Assembly: GCA_024137785.1 (NCBI GenBank)
Contig: JAHRHZ010000061.1
Coordinates: 17,256,799-17,320,798 of the forward strand
From: Ginglymostoma cirratum
Taxonomy: Eukaryota
Direction: 5' to 3'
DNA length: 64,000 nucleotides
Below are positions 51,185 to 64,000 of the stretch, one piece after another. A program made the translations under genes and the position numbers. The notes under the pieces were generated by a model. It searched no databases. It had not been told where the DNA came from and worked only from the letters and a program-made list of their open reading frames with translations. How positions within the stretch are numbered: the stretch's first letter is position 1; each line of letters starts with the position of its first letter.

Positions 51185-52110
51185 TGCTATGACCCCACTG
51201 GGGTAGCATGCTGTCATTTGTGCTCTGCTACTCCTAGAGTTGTGCCAAGTGTTAAAGTTCTTTTTTGTATTCATCAAGAATTATTAGTTATTACAAGTAA
51301 TTAGAGTATAGTTACAAGTAAACGCTACAAGTAAACAGATATAAACCATTAGTCTATAACATGATTAACTAAAGCTCTAAACCCCTTATAAACCATCCCT
51401 TACACATACACACAGACAAACAATAAGGGAAAATAAACCATTGGTGGTGGTATAAAAAAGCTGGAAAGTCACTTCAGTTGTCTTTGCTTCCCAAATCCAA
51501 TGTTGACATGATTTTTCTTTGGCTCGCCTGTTCCCCAGTGTTCGGTGTTTTTATCTGGAAGCTTTCACTGGTTTGTAAGTAAAGAGTGACTGATTCATTT
51601 GTCAAATATCTCTAAATTGTTAATTCAAACTTTGTAGCTCAAAAACTGCTGCAGGAAGGACATTTCTGAAGAAGGGTCTAGGCCCAAAACGTCAGCCTTC
51701 CTGCTCCCCTGATGCTGCTTGACCTGCTGTGTTCATCCAGCTCTATACCTTGTTATTTCAAATTTAAACTGAGGGTTTGTTTTGCTGTGGAGAATAGGCA
51801 GCTTCTGCTGGGAAGAACAACTGCACACCTTTGTCTTTCTACCTCTCTGTCCTTGTAACATGTTTCCAGTTCCAACCTGCTCTGTTAGCTAAGAACCAGT
51901 TGGCTTCACGTGTGAACAACTCCTTGGCTCCTTATTATCTGCACTTTTTTTGTGAGTAGCTGTGGGTTACTGTAGAGTTCACAATAGGTATCAAGTTCCT
52001 TGCTGTGAAATTATGCAGCCATCCTGGTAAATCTCTGTTTATTGAGCAGTTTTTTTCTCCTTGGCTTTTACAGTTATTAATAAAATAAAAAGACACAGTC
52101 TTTATGTAAC
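51185..52110. mobile_element. ~925-bp insertion (possible solo LTR) splitting an old CR1 (51105-52460), and containing a PLE family A mini-element at 51661-51760
   Basis: CR1 sequence gatctcattaaatcatat|...|ttaatgaagcttgacagggta is contiguous across it. It starts with TG. Confidence 0.45.
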
Positions 52111-53469
52111 TTTTTAATGAAGCTTGACAGGGTAAAGACTGAGAAATTAATTCTACTGGCTGATGAATCTAGAACAAGGAGTCACAGTCTCAGAATAAGG
52201 ATTTGGCCATTCAGGACTGTGATGAGGGGGAATCTTTTAACTTAGAGGTTCATGAATCTTTAGAATTCTTGGATTTCAGTATTTTTGTGCGTATGCAAGG
52301 CAGAGGTCAGTAGACTTTTGGGTTCTAAAAGACTTAAAGGATATGGTGATAGCATGTAAAGAATGGTCAGGTCAGTGATCAGCATGATTTTAATGAATGG
52401 CAGAGAAAATTCAAAAGCAAAAGGATCTTCTCCAGCCCCCGATTATTATATTCTTTTGTTTTGTAATAAAGGATGGGGTGGTGGTGGTGGTGATTTGAGG
52501 GGGAGTGGGGGTGAGGTTGTGGTTGTAGGGAAGGATGTGACTACACTTAACCTGGTTTGAATAGGATGCACTGAATAATTTCCATTGACATTTGGAATCA
52601 TAAGATGGAATAGCACAGCATGGGGCCATTCAGCCCATCATGCCTGTTTGAGGTTTTTGGCAATGCAATTAGGGTCACTCATCTGCTCTTAGCACATGGA
52701 CCTGTAATTGTTTCCCAGTTGGGTATTTATTCAATTGTCTTTTGAGCACTCATGTGGCGTAAACAGATTCAATACTTTTAGGCAGTGTACTTCCAATCGG
52801 AACAATTTGCTGTGTAATAACTACTACATGACTTGTTCTAGATTATAATACTGTGCAGTATTTCTGCACCAAGGCAGGAGAAGGCATTAATGGAAGAACA
52901 GAAAGATCCCAAAGGTTCCCCAAATGGTACCGTGACTCAATAAATTTTTAACAAGATACCAGAAACAGTTAGTAAAGAAGCATTCTAAAGTCTTCAGACT
53001 TCTCATGATTTATTTGACACTTTTTATAGTTCCTTTTTTTTTCAGTAAGTTCCAAAGGCCATAAAGATGATTGCACCAGTACTTTTACTGGCAGCCAACT
53101 GAATTCTCTGTATAGTTCCCAGAGACTCCTTGGTGGAAAGCTGCCTGTGATTATGTGAGTAATGGATGATGGATGGCAGTAAAATCATACTCGTGTTATG
53201 AAAGACTCACCTTTAGAGGATGGCTCTCCTTTGTAGCTGGACTGCACTCGGAGTATGTTTACCAGTGATGGCTTACGTTTGTCCCATTGTGCACTAATTA
53301 CTGATCACAGTGACATATCCATTCACAACAATAGCAACTTACAGAAATAAAAGTAAATTTCATCATCTTCCTACGCCCCACTTTTTCAAAGAAGCAGTAG
53401 GTCATATGCCAGGATAGAGTTCTACTCCATGAGTCTGTTTGCCTTTAACCGTGGGTTCCATTTGTCATG

Positions 53470-53980
53470 AGTATAGGAGTTGGGAGGTCATGTTGCGGCT
53501 GTAAAGACATTGGTTAGGCCACTTTTGGAATACTGCATGCAATTCTGGTCCCCCTGCTATAGGAAGGATGTTTTGAAACTTGAAAGGGTTCAGAAAAGAT
53601 TTACAAGGATATTGCTTGGGTTGGAGGGTTTGTGCTATTGGGGGAGGCTGAGTCGGCTGGGGCTATTTTCCCTGGGGTGTCAGAGGCTGAGGGGTGACCT
53701 TATTGAGGGGAAAGATTTAAAAGGGACCTAAGCGGCAACTTTTACAGACAAAGGCTGGTGCGTGTATGGAATGAGCTGCCAGAGGAAGTGGAGGAGGCTG
53801 GTACAATTACAACATTTAAAAGACATCTGGTTGGATATATGAATAGGATGGGTTTAGAGGGATATGGGCCAAATACTGGCAAATGGGACTAGATTAATTT
53901 AGGATATCTGGTTGGCCTGGATGAGTTGGACTGATTCCAACTCACCCATGCTGTGCATATCTATGACTCCAAGACTCTAT
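53470..53980 (+). mobile_element. CR1/HER1 LINE 3' fragment with an internal deletion
   Basis: KTLVRPLLEYCMQFWSPCYRKDV.KLERVQKRFTR. Confidence 0.9.
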
Positions 53981-54026
53981 GAGTGATATTAGGCAGTGTG
54001 TTATCCTATGATGTCACAGTTTGGAG

Positions 54027-54342
54027 TGGCACGGTGGCACAGTGGTTAGCACTGCTGCCTCACAGCACCAGGGACCTGGGTTCAATTCCAGCCTCGGACA
54101 ACTGTCTGTGCGGAGGTTGCACATTCTCCCCGCATCTGTGTGGGTTTCCTCCAGGTGCTCCAGTTTCCTCTCACGGTCCAAAGATGTGCAGGTTAGGCAG
54201 ATTGGCCATGCTAAATTGCCTGTAGTGTTCAGGGATGTGTAGATTAGGTGGGTTACAAAGGGATGGGTCTGGGTGGGATGCTCTGAGGTTCAGTTTGGAC
54301 TTGTTGGGCCAAAGGGCCTATTTCCACACTGTAGGGATTCTG
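54027..54342 (+). mobile_element. HE1-type V-SINE
   Basis: Head, V-domain, tail. Confidence 0.92.
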
Positions 54343-55896
54343 TGTCCACCTGAACCATTGGGGATACTTTGAACTGACTCACTGACACCAATCTTTCCTA
54401 TTGGTATCAATGTATGGCACTGATAAAAAGTGGGTAAGGATACCCACAGCAAAAAAAAACATGTTAAGTCATGGCAAACATAATAGGTTTATTATGCATT
54501 AGTTAATAACTAGTTACATTACTCCTGAGATACATGACAGTCCATGATAACACATCAGAGCTATGCTTGAGACTAAGCTCACATGAATGTTGCTGAACTA
54601 TTCCAGTAAGTGGTACTGAAGACTGATTAGCTCCTCTAGGAACAGCAGTTTATATCATGATGGGTGGAGCTTATTGCTTGATGTCAATGTAGCCTTTCAG
54701 TTATTAAATGCATCAGACCAACAAGTGCTAATACTCAATTACTCAAAATTGACACACATTTCCAAACAAGTTATAAGCAGGTGCAGGAATCCTGGCAAGT
54801 GTAGCTGATGACACAGACCCCCCCCATGGACTACTCTGACTGACATCACCCATTTCAAGAACACACCAGAATCAGTATCATGCAACACTGTTGGTGGGGG
54901 TGTGGGGAGGCTAATTCATTTTTTCCTCAAAAGGCCTTGTGTGTATCTCCCTAAAATAGGAGAACTATAGAAAATACTATAATTCCTGTTGATGTTACTG
55001 CTGGACATGCCCGATCTCAGACTGAATTCTGCCTTGATAGATTATATCTTGTTTCTACAAGGTGGTCTTTCACTGAAACACAAGCATGTAGTGTTGCAAA
55101 TTCAGTTTTAACAATAAAACAGAAGTAAGTAACATAAAAGAAAAACAGTGAACCAACTTTTAATTATGACATATGGCAAAATACAATTCCATCAATCCCA
55201 ACAGCACTCCTTTACAGTACTCACTTGATGGAATTGCCTTTTTAACACATCTACAGAGCTTAATTTAACTGTGCATTCAATTCCTTATCTTAAGAATCTG
55301 ATACCTTCTTCCATGAATCTTCATATAACTGAGCTTATACTTTCTCAGCTTCAAATAATCCCTTCAAGGTTTTACCCAAACAATTCTGGGCTGGATCTAA
55401 ATTATTTACACCGTGGTAACATATTTCTTAAGCATTTTAAACCACCTTCCTTCTTCAATCATAGCCCACCCAGCTTCAGCCAAGGCCTCTGCAAACACTA
55501 AAAATCAAAAGGGTTTTCTTTCAGCTCTATGTTTTTTCCCAGAATCTAGAACAAAATCCTGCTGGAGCCTTCTTCTTAAAACCTAATACACTACACTATT
55601 TACTATGTTAGCTCGTAACACCTCTCTCTCAATGTAAACAAATTAGCCTCTGATACCTTTTATTTAAAGAAATCACCACAGCTGCAGAAATACATTCAGG
55701 TTAATCGTTAAGCCCCTTCATAGATGCAGACCAAGCCCACAGACCATGAGTACAAACTCTAAACTCTAAAATCATGTTGTTAAAATACATAAAAATAACA
55801 CACCTTACAACAGAAAGGGAGTAATCCAACACTCTAGTTCTGTTCTCTATCCTTTGACATTGTTTTCACTTTCTAAGAAACTTATTTTCATATGTA

Positions 55897-56022
55897 AAGC
55901 GAAAGAACTGCAGATGCTGTAAATCAAACAAAAACAGAAATCGCTGGAAAAGCTCAGCAGATCTGGACCTAAAACATAAACTCTGATTTCTCTCCACAAA
56001 CGCTGCCAGACCTACTGAACTT
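55897..56022. mobile_element. Decayed inverted pair of PLE family B termini
   Basis: aaagaactgcagatgctg...gctcagcag followed by the inverted ggaccta aaacataaactctg...gctgccagacctactga. Confidence 0.6.
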
Positions 56023-56199
56023 ATCATCATATCTTGGACTGACAGCACACCTGCCTCAAAAGCTAGTAGATTGTGGGTAAAAGCCCAGGTGAGAGGTTGA
56101 GCTGCAAAGCAAAGTACATTGCAATTTTATTGCAATGTTGGATGTGCTGTACTTTTGATAATGGGCTAAAATGTCTGGTAGCAATATTACAAAGTTTTA

Positions 56200-56510
56200 T
56201 AGACAGACCATTTGGCCCATCATGTCCTCAATGGTCATCAAGTACCCATATACTCTAATCTCATTTTCCAGCATTTGGCATGTAGCCTTGTATGCCATGG
56301 TATTTCAAGTCCTCACCGACTTACTTCTTAAAGGTTATGAGGGTTCCTATCGGTATCGCTTTTTCAGGCACTGAGTTCTAGTTACCCCCTAAACTGCGTG
56401 AAAAAATGTTTTCTCAAAACCCCTACAACCCTCCTTCCCCTTACTTTAAATTAATGTCCTTGTTTATTGATCTGTTTGCTAAGGAGGAAAGGTTTCTTCT
56501 TATCTATGCC
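56200..56510 (-). mobile_element. Old CR1 3' end
   Basis: Decayed 3' UTR with atggcatacaagg...aaatgctggaaaatgagatt. Confidence 0.55.
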
Positions 56511-57734
56511 CACATAGTTGTGTCAAACTGTGTCTGATATTAGGAAGGTAATCCACTGCACCCTTCAGCAACCAGGCACTTGGAACTGACCTTAACATGA
56601 TATCTAATTAAACAGAGGGATTGAGAAATGAGCAGCAGAAGGACTGAAAAGATGGGAGATGAAAGGGTGGTGATTTCAATATTAATACATCGATAGAAAG
56701 AAAAATAAAGGCAGGGGAAGAAAGATTGGATTGAGAAAAAAAAAGTAAATTTCTGAAAACATAAAGTTTTAAAAATGTGACATTTACAATTTGGCATTTT
56801 TAGAATCTTGCCCATATAAAAAATTAATTGAAGAAACAGCATTCCATACTTGCAATAGTTAAATTCACTGGTGAGAGATTGGTTGACAATAATTACCACT
56901 GATCACATCGTTGAAAAGGTAATTATGCTTCTAATTACTGGTCCTAAATATCCGCAGTGAGTTTAGTTCACATTTAAAGTGCAATACAACAACTTCATGG
57001 CATTCAGTGGCCATCAATAATGAGGCAGACAGCAATTAAGACCCCTTGTTCTGGATTCTCCCATCGGAGGAAATAATTTCTTGAATCTGTTGTTGATTCC
57101 ATCAAAACTCTCTACTTTTCAACCTTGATTAGATCACCACTCAACCTTCTAATTATAAGCCATGTCTTTGCACCACCTCATCTTGTGTTAACCCCGTAAA
57201 CTGTGGTTTAATTCTCATGGATTGCCCTTCAAAGGTCGAAGGTTTAATGTCCAGAATTTAACGCAATGCACTAGCTAGGTCTGAAAGTTATCCTTAACAG
57301 CTGAAACCTCACTTTCTCACTCTTACGTTTCTCATCTGTTGGCATAAAAGTCAATATTTTATCAACCTTTCAAATTACTTCTAAATTACAGTGTCTGTGC
57401 ATCAGGTTTTAGTAACTTGTACACAAAGACATCCAAATTTCTTTGTTCACCCACAGCTGTTAGTCTCTCACCATTGAGAAAACATCCCTTCTCTTTTCCA
57501 AATCCAAAGACTTTGCACTCCCCACCCTACCATCCCATTTGACTTCACACATTTAACTTCATCCATCACCTGGTCTATTATGTTTATTTTAAAGTTTCCT
57601 ATTCACATCCACGCAATCTTCGGTGCTTTTGTGTCTGTAAACATGGGCATCCAACAATTTATCCACATCAGGTATGGAGAAAATCCAAGCACCCAGCAAA
57701 GCTCCCTCAGGAATGCCACTTAATAATTTCTTCC

Positions 57735-59300
57735 TGATGTGTTTCACACATAGCAAGTAGATTGAGTTCTTTCTTGAGTCAGTTATATTGAAGTTTATTT
57801 ACAACACTGACTATTTACAGTGGCATATCACAAACTTACATGCAGAGTTGGAGTTCTATGCTTCCTGATGTTACAGTGCACACACAGTCACATCCCTGAC
57901 TGACTATTACACAAAAAGATGACTGAAAATATGCCAGGTACCTCATACAGGGACGTCATATGATGTCAGATGAAAATTACATGCCTGTATGGTCTTGAAT
58001 CTATGCCACAATTCAATTTTTTTCTCCCTTAAAAGAATATAAATGCTTTATGATAACATACACAGTATATTTAGGTATATTGTCACTATATATTTAGATA
58101 GCATGTTAGTGGATCTGGTCCTTTTATAGTTATCATGACTTGATAATGCTCTCTACGGTGTGCTGCCTGTCGTCACGTTTGATTGATGTGTCACTTGCCT
58201 CAGATGTGAGGTTGTTGGCTGACAATATCTTTAGTACCGGAGTCATCAACTTGTATGACAAGTAGTTGATGATATGCAGTTTGATTAAATTGTCTATTTT
58301 TTCACAGGACTTGGCAATTGTTCATTGCAACAAAAATATCAAAAATCTGTCACAATCTATCACCTTCAAAGGAATCTCGTGTGAAAGGAAAGGTCCTCTT
58401 GGTTGTTGAAGTTGATGAAATTGATGTGTGTCATACAACTTGATTAATTGATGTTCTTATTGATACCAAGCCATTATATGGATATTCAGCTTTATGAGAT
58501 GCTGTCCCTTTAAAATATGCAGATTTATGCTTGCAGGTAGCATTCATGGCAAAAAAGTGCTGACATCATGCTCTTGTTTTTATGCAATTTTTGAAGGAAG
58601 AAGAAGAAGAAAACAGCAGAATCAACCAACTTCTAGACACAGGTAAGGCCTCTTTAGTTCTTTTTACTGTGTTTCTTTCCTGTACTTTGTTCTGGTATTG
58701 CTTTCTTAGATTGGCACTGTCTTTCAGAATATTTAAATTGCCATTTAGGGGGATAAAACAAAAAAGTTAAGCTGTCCTGGGCCACTTGAAAACTGACAAT
58801 TTTGTTTTAAAGAAAGGAGAGGTAGATTACTCACTTTTCTTCAGTACGGGTTTGGAATCTTTAGTTTTGGGTGCAGTTGTGACTTCAGCTCTGAATGCTG
58901 ACAGACTGATGGATGACATGAGGAAGAAACTTTTTTAGCTTTTAGAGTCTACTTACTGCCACTAACTAGCTGTCACAACTAGCCATGATCCACTTTGTGG
59001 TTTTCTAAACATTATCCCATGTAGCATATCATGAAGAATTGATCTTTGTTGAGTCATATCTTGAGGGTTACTTACAAGGCTAATTAATTGCACAGCTATA
59101 ATATCACAGACTTAGATACTTAGTCTTGGTTCTGTGTTTGCTGATGTTACAGTAGATTACACACAGACTAACTACATTGATCACATGACACAGGGACAGT
59201 GACTGAAGGTGAGGCAGATATCTTGACACCAGAACATCACATTTCATATAACTGTCTTAAAAGATATTGATCCATGTGACCTGGAATCTGTGCCATATTG
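57735..59300 (-). mobile_element. Decayed, internally deleted LTR retrotransposon
   Basis: Diverged ~280-bp direct repeats at ~57735-58010 and ~59020-59300 (ttgagtca, ctgatgttacagt, tgactgaa, gaatctRtgcca). A polypurine tract lies on the minus strand at 58011-58030. Confidence 0.5.
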
Positions 59301-59497
59301 CAACACTTCCTACAGACAGAAACTTCCCTTTACTTTTGTTCTTTATCTCTTTCCTCCCAACAAAATCACTTCCTAATAAATCCAAAGACACTCACCTATC
59401 AGCAATGTTTTGACTTCCTCAAAGTGTCTACTTCCCTCAGAGTCAGAAAACACCATCACAATCCATCCTAAGCATCTACAATTAGCTCAGATTGCTG

Positions 59498-59821
59498 GGT
59501 GACACGGTGGGTCAGTGGTCAGCACTGTTGCCTCACAGCACTAGGGACCTGGGTTTGATTCCAGCCACGGGTGACTGTCGATGTGGTATTTTTCCCTGTA
59601 TCTGCGTGGGTTTCCTCCCACTGTCCAAGGATGTGTAGGTTATGTGGATTAGCCACACTAAATTGCCCATTGTGTCCAGGAATGTGCACGCTAGGTGGGT
59701 TAGCCATGGGAAATGCAGAGTTGCGGGGATAGGGTGGTGGCGGGTGTGGGATGCTCTTTTGAAGGGCAGTGTGAACTTGATGGACCAAATAGCCTGCTTC
59801 CACACTGTCGGCTTTCTATGA
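59498..59821 (+). mobile_element. HE1-type V-SINE
   Basis: Head, partly deleted V-domain, tail. Confidence 0.88.
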
Positions 59822-60138
59822 TGTGCCCAGTGGCCCTGACCCAGATGATACATTACTGTAACTTGCTCACAACTGATGTTCAACTTACCGGGATGAACAG
59901 GATTGCCAAACAATATAAAAACAATAATACATCTAATTCATTTGAGATCCAAGTAATCTCATTATAACTGGGATAATAGATAACAGATAATACTAATTAA
60001 TGAGAGCAACAAATCTCTATCAATTAGTTTAGAGAGTGACGTGAGGAAAATGGGCCCTTTTCTCTGCTGTAGACCTCTCTGACTATAACTCTAAATACTA
60101 GTGCTGGAGAATTCTGTTTCTTCCTGAGCATGGTCAGA

Positions 60139-60340
60139 ACTCACATGATACTAGGTTATATTCCAACAGATTTATTTGAAAACACAAGCTTTTGGAGCCT
60201 AACTGCTTCTTCAGGTATCAGTGGAGAAGGAGCGAGGTTCCGAAAGCTTGTGTTTCCAAATGAACCTGTTGGACTATAACCTGGGGTCCTGTGATTTCAG
60301 ACCTTGTCCACCCCAGTCCAACATTAGCACCTCCACATCA
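60139..60340. mobile_element. Inverted pair of PLE family C termini with degenerate hammerheads (GAAA-GC-TT type)
   Basis: ggttata.tccaacag.tttatttg.aaacacaagctt mirrored by aagcttgtgtttccaaatgaacctgttggactataacc. Cores are CTGAAGA-A-gcagt..gctcc-AAAA-GC-TT (minus) and ..GA-A-ggagc..gttcc-GAAA-GC-TT (plus). Confidence 0.65.
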
Positions 60341-60739
60341 TTCCTGAGCTTTCTGCTTGCCATGTCTCACATTACTTGCACTCTATCCCCAAGTATTACT
60401 TTCAAAAATAAATCTATTTTCCTCTCCCTTTCCTCTTAAATAAAGGCATAAAAGTTGTAACTTTCTAACCCAAAGGCACACTTGCTGAACTTTAAGAGTC
60501 ATGTCAAATTATAATGGAAGTATCTGCGATTTCGTCACTTGTTGATTTTTCTTATACCGTAGGATCAAAACCGTCGCTTTCTATGAAATCACGATTTATT
60601 TTTAAAAGAGCAACCTGCAAGTTATCATTACACATTAACTGAATTAGACTATTTGCAAAAGCTGGGAATTCTGTGGGAATTCCTGATTCCCCAGTGTCTG
60701 CCCACCATCTACAAGCAAAAGTTTGAGAGTGTGATACAA

Positions 60740-61240
60740 TACTCTCAGATGGGTGTAGGTCCAACACTCACATTGGTTGCTACAATCTACAACAGCGTAG
60801 CCTGCTTGAATGGCACACCATGAAAGGAAAAGGGCAGCAGATACATGGGAACATCATCCACCTGTAGGTTCTCACTTCCAGGATACAAGCCACCCTGACG
60901 TAGAGCTATAATCACCACTCCTTCACCATCACCCAAGCACAACTATGGAAATACTTTCCTACCTATTTCCAAAACAACTTGTTCAGATATGTTGTCACAA
61001 CTCTGGAGGAGGTGGGACTTGAAAACAGGCCTCCTAGCCAAGAAGTAGAGACACTGCCACTGCTCCACACGACCCCCAATGGAATTCTCTTCCTCACAGC
61101 ACTGTGGGTGTGCGTGTACCAGATAGACTGAAGTGGCTCAAGAGAACTCGCCACCACTTTCTGAACAGCAATACAGGATGGGCAGCAAAAACTGATCTAG
61201 CAAGTTCACATTCCACAACAGAATACCCAAAAAAAAACTT
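60740..61240 (+). mobile_element. Decayed Zenon-like LINE 3' fragment interrupted by a short SINE (60965-61077, minus)
   Basis: Collinear with 33290-33900. Confidence 0.55.
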
Positions 61241-61514
61241 TGGAGGAGAACTGATGGCAGTGCAAGAGACAAATAATTCAGATGACAGGTGTTACTACTG
61301 ATACCATTGTTCTCAATTCTATCTGCAGAAGCTGGTTCCTGTTAATAACAGTGGAGGGGAGTTATCTGTTAAATGCACAGATGTGTTGTCCATTCCCCAA
61401 GTGTGAATTCTAACCTGCTCACATATCATACATCTGCTGAAATATCAACAGCCATGCTTTAAATTCCAATCTCATTGATTAAAACATCTCAACCTTACCA
61501 ACAAAAACAAAAAA

Positions 61515-61800
61515 GGCACTGTGGCTCAGTGGTTAGCACTGCTGCCTCACAGCGCCAGGGACTCAGGTTTAATTCCACCCTCAGGCAACTGTCTGTGTGG
61601 GTTTCCTCTGGGTACTCCGGTTTCCTCCCACAGTCCATAGATATGCAACCTAGGCGACTGGCTATGCTAAATTGCCCATTGTGTCCAGGGATGTGTAGAT
61701 GAGATAGGTGGTAAGGGGATGGGTCTGGGTGGGATGCTGTGAGGGTCGGTGTGGACTTGTTGGGCCAAAGGGCCTGTTTCCACACTGTAGAGATTCTATG
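61515..61800 (+). mobile_element. HE1-type V-SINE
   Basis: Head, V-domain with a deletion, gattctatg tail. Confidence 0.9.
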
Positions 61801-62394
61801 AAAAGTGCATTCCTTCCAAAATGTTGCTCAAGTACATACTTGTGGGATAAAACAACTTGCCAAGACAGATATCAACACTGTTACATAACTAAGATACATA
61901 CTGAAGATTAAGAGGAGTGTGTGAATTCCCTTTCACATGTATCTAAGGCAGCTGGGATGGATTTTGCTTTAGAAACAAACCTTGAAGCTCTTATTTTCTT
62001 CCAGGGTGAAATTTTCAGCTGATCCAGGGATCAGTCCTGATGATTCTGGGAGTGGAATATCCTGCCAATATTCATCTTATTGAATTAAATACTTCCAAAG
62101 TAGAACTGAAACCCTGCCCAGATCAAATTTGGTATTGTGCTAGAATTTCTCACGAGATTTTCGCCTGCATAAACCCACTGAGGTATCAAGGCAATTCTCT
62201 TTGCATTCTCATTAACGAGTGAGAGCAGTCACAGACCTCAACCACAATGGTCAAAAGCGATTGATTGATTAATTCCCCCAATAAAACTGGGAATGGGTGG
62301 CTGATGGAGGCACTTCCATTTCAGCAAGCTGACATGATGACACTTTGTAGCTCTTATGGTAGGAATTCTCATCGGAATTAGGCAAATGACACAA

Positions 62395-62585
62395 ACATAG
62401 AAGAACAGGAGCAGGAGCAGTCCATTACAGCCTGCTCTGCCATTCAATATGATCATGGTTGATCATCCAAAATCAGTGCCCCATTCCTGCTTTCTCCTCA
62501 TATCCTTGATCCCTTTAACCCCAAGAACTATATCTAACTCATTTTTGGCCTAAACTGCTTTCTGTGACAAAGAATTCCACAAGGT
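62395..62585 (-). mobile_element. CR1 3' UTR fragment
   Basis: gtggaattct...gagttagatatag...gggatcaagg...gaatggcagagcaggc...ttcttctatgtt. Confidence 0.75.
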
Positions 62586-62959
62586 CAATTCACCAATGTG
62601 ATCGTGGGTCAGTCCTTGTTATGATCTCACGTCCTGCCACAAACTTGTCAAAGCTCAGTGCCTTCAGCTGCTTCAAATGATCTTTTTTCAGTACACATCG
62701 CATGCTGGGTGGCTGGCATTTTTTGACACCCACTTCCTGGCAGGTATACATGCGGGCATGTTGCTCCCAGTTGACCAAGACAGTAGCTACTCAAGTACAG
62801 CCAAGATGTGTTGGATGCTTAATCCCAACAACTTTACACGCTACAGAGAAAACAACCAGCTTCTAAGTTTGGGAGCAGTGACACACACAAGTGAACCAGC
62901 ACAAGAAACTGAGATCACCCAAAAAGAAAGCCTCAGTGCCAAAAATCTCATTAAAGCAG

Positions 62960-63280
62960 GGTAGTACGGTGGCTCAGTGGTTAGCATTACTGCTTCACAG
63001 CACCAGAGACTTGATTTCAATTCCAGCCTTGGGCAACTATCTGTGTGGAGTTTGCACACTCTCCCTGTGTCTGTGTGGGCTTCCTCCTCCAGTCCAAAGA
63101 TGTGCAGGTTAGGTGGATTGACCATGCTAAATTGCCCATAGTGGCCCAAGGGTGTGCAGGTTAGCTCAATTAGTCATGGAATATGTGGGGTAACAAGGTT
63201 AGGGTGTGGGTCCGGATGGGATGCTCTTTAGAGGGTTCGTATGGGCTGAATGACCTACTTCCACCCTCTAGGAATTCTGT
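62960..63280 (+). mobile_element. HE1-type V-SINE
   Basis: Head ggtggctcagtggttagc, V-domain, tail. Confidence 0.88.
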
Positions 63281-64000
63281 CAAAAAGGTTCAAAACATTA
63301 AGAAGACTTCAAGTGCAGTGTAGGTAGGATGCTCTGTCTCCTTGTGTTTTTCTAACAAACTCTGCATGGAAAAAAGTCTACCCAGTGATCTTTGTGCTCA
63401 GAAATTGCAGTCACCTTCACTAATTGACATAAAGCTGAGCCATAAAGCACACAAGTGATACTTATGAATTATTTGCCAAAATATTTATAATTAATCATCT
63501 TCTTTTCTGTTCTGCACAGTCAAAGCACACTCTGCAGTTTAAATTAAAAGTTGTCTTTATCAGCAGATATTAATGGATGGCACACTTTTTTTTGCATGAT
63601 TGGTACATCAGATTTCTCCTTAGCATCTCCCACTGCAGGTTGTAAGCTCATTTGGAAATGTGTATGGTGTTATTGGCAGTGTGAACCTCCATCTCAAGGC
63701 TGCAATATCTCTGATATTAAACAAGAGAAAATTAAATCTAGCTTAAAATCTTCCTTCTTTCAATAATACTTAAAACTAAACAATAATAACAGGTGCACTA
63801 AGAAAAAGGAATAGGTGGAAACTAACTGGCACCTGTCTCATCTCCCTGAGGGATCAATCGCAGAGTGCAAGTCTACTGGGTAATGGGCCCAGGGAATGAG
63901 CTTGGTAACTGCAAAGTGAAGATCTATTTAGATCCTGTTTTGTTTGTTGACACGCACTCCTGACGTACAGTTCTCCCATAACAGATTCAGGTGGTTATAT

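Larger units (their letters stand above)
8819..64000 (-). other. DSCAM: Probable DSCAM intron 1 (more than 55 kb; exon 1 not found in the window)
   Basis: No MW(I/M)L-type signal-peptide exon and no CpG-island promoter recognised, no other host ORF, and vertebrate DSCAM first introns are known to be very long. Confidence 0.75.

Noticed and set aside
54807-55808. Possible solo LTR (TG...CA), and a similar block at ~22725-24330
   Set aside because: No convincing TSD or second copy verifiable by eye.

Overview
Eukaryotic, repeat-rich genomic DNA, almost certainly from a cartilaginous fish (shark), inferred from HE1-type V-SINEs, HER1/CR1 LINEs and Deu-domain SINEs. The only host gene is DSCAM on the minus strand. 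Two internal coding exons are present: 8501-8818 (318 bp, Ig1) and 2687-2833 (147 bp, first part of Ig2), both with canonical AG/GT sites. Everything above 8818 is very probably intron 1, and exon 1 was not found. The introns are a nested mosaic of CR1, Rex1, RTE and Zenon-like LINE fragments, four SINE families, Penelope-like element (PLE) relics, a decayed PIF/Harbinger transposon and LTR relics. The most interesting signal is a dispersed set of minimal, short-stem-III hammerhead ribozyme motifs (CUGANGA-A-helix II-GAAA-CG-UH) from at least 3-4 sequence families, with covarying helices. They are carried on ~100-220 bp PLE-derived mini-elements, several arranged as inverted pairs or flanked by target-site duplications. 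Some catalytically intact cores lie on the DSCAM pre-mRNA strand. There is also a 380-bp, ~98% identical inverted duplication (38523-38902 / 39941-40320). Repeat boundaries were read by eye and are approximate, whereas exon and ribozyme coordinates were counted exactly.
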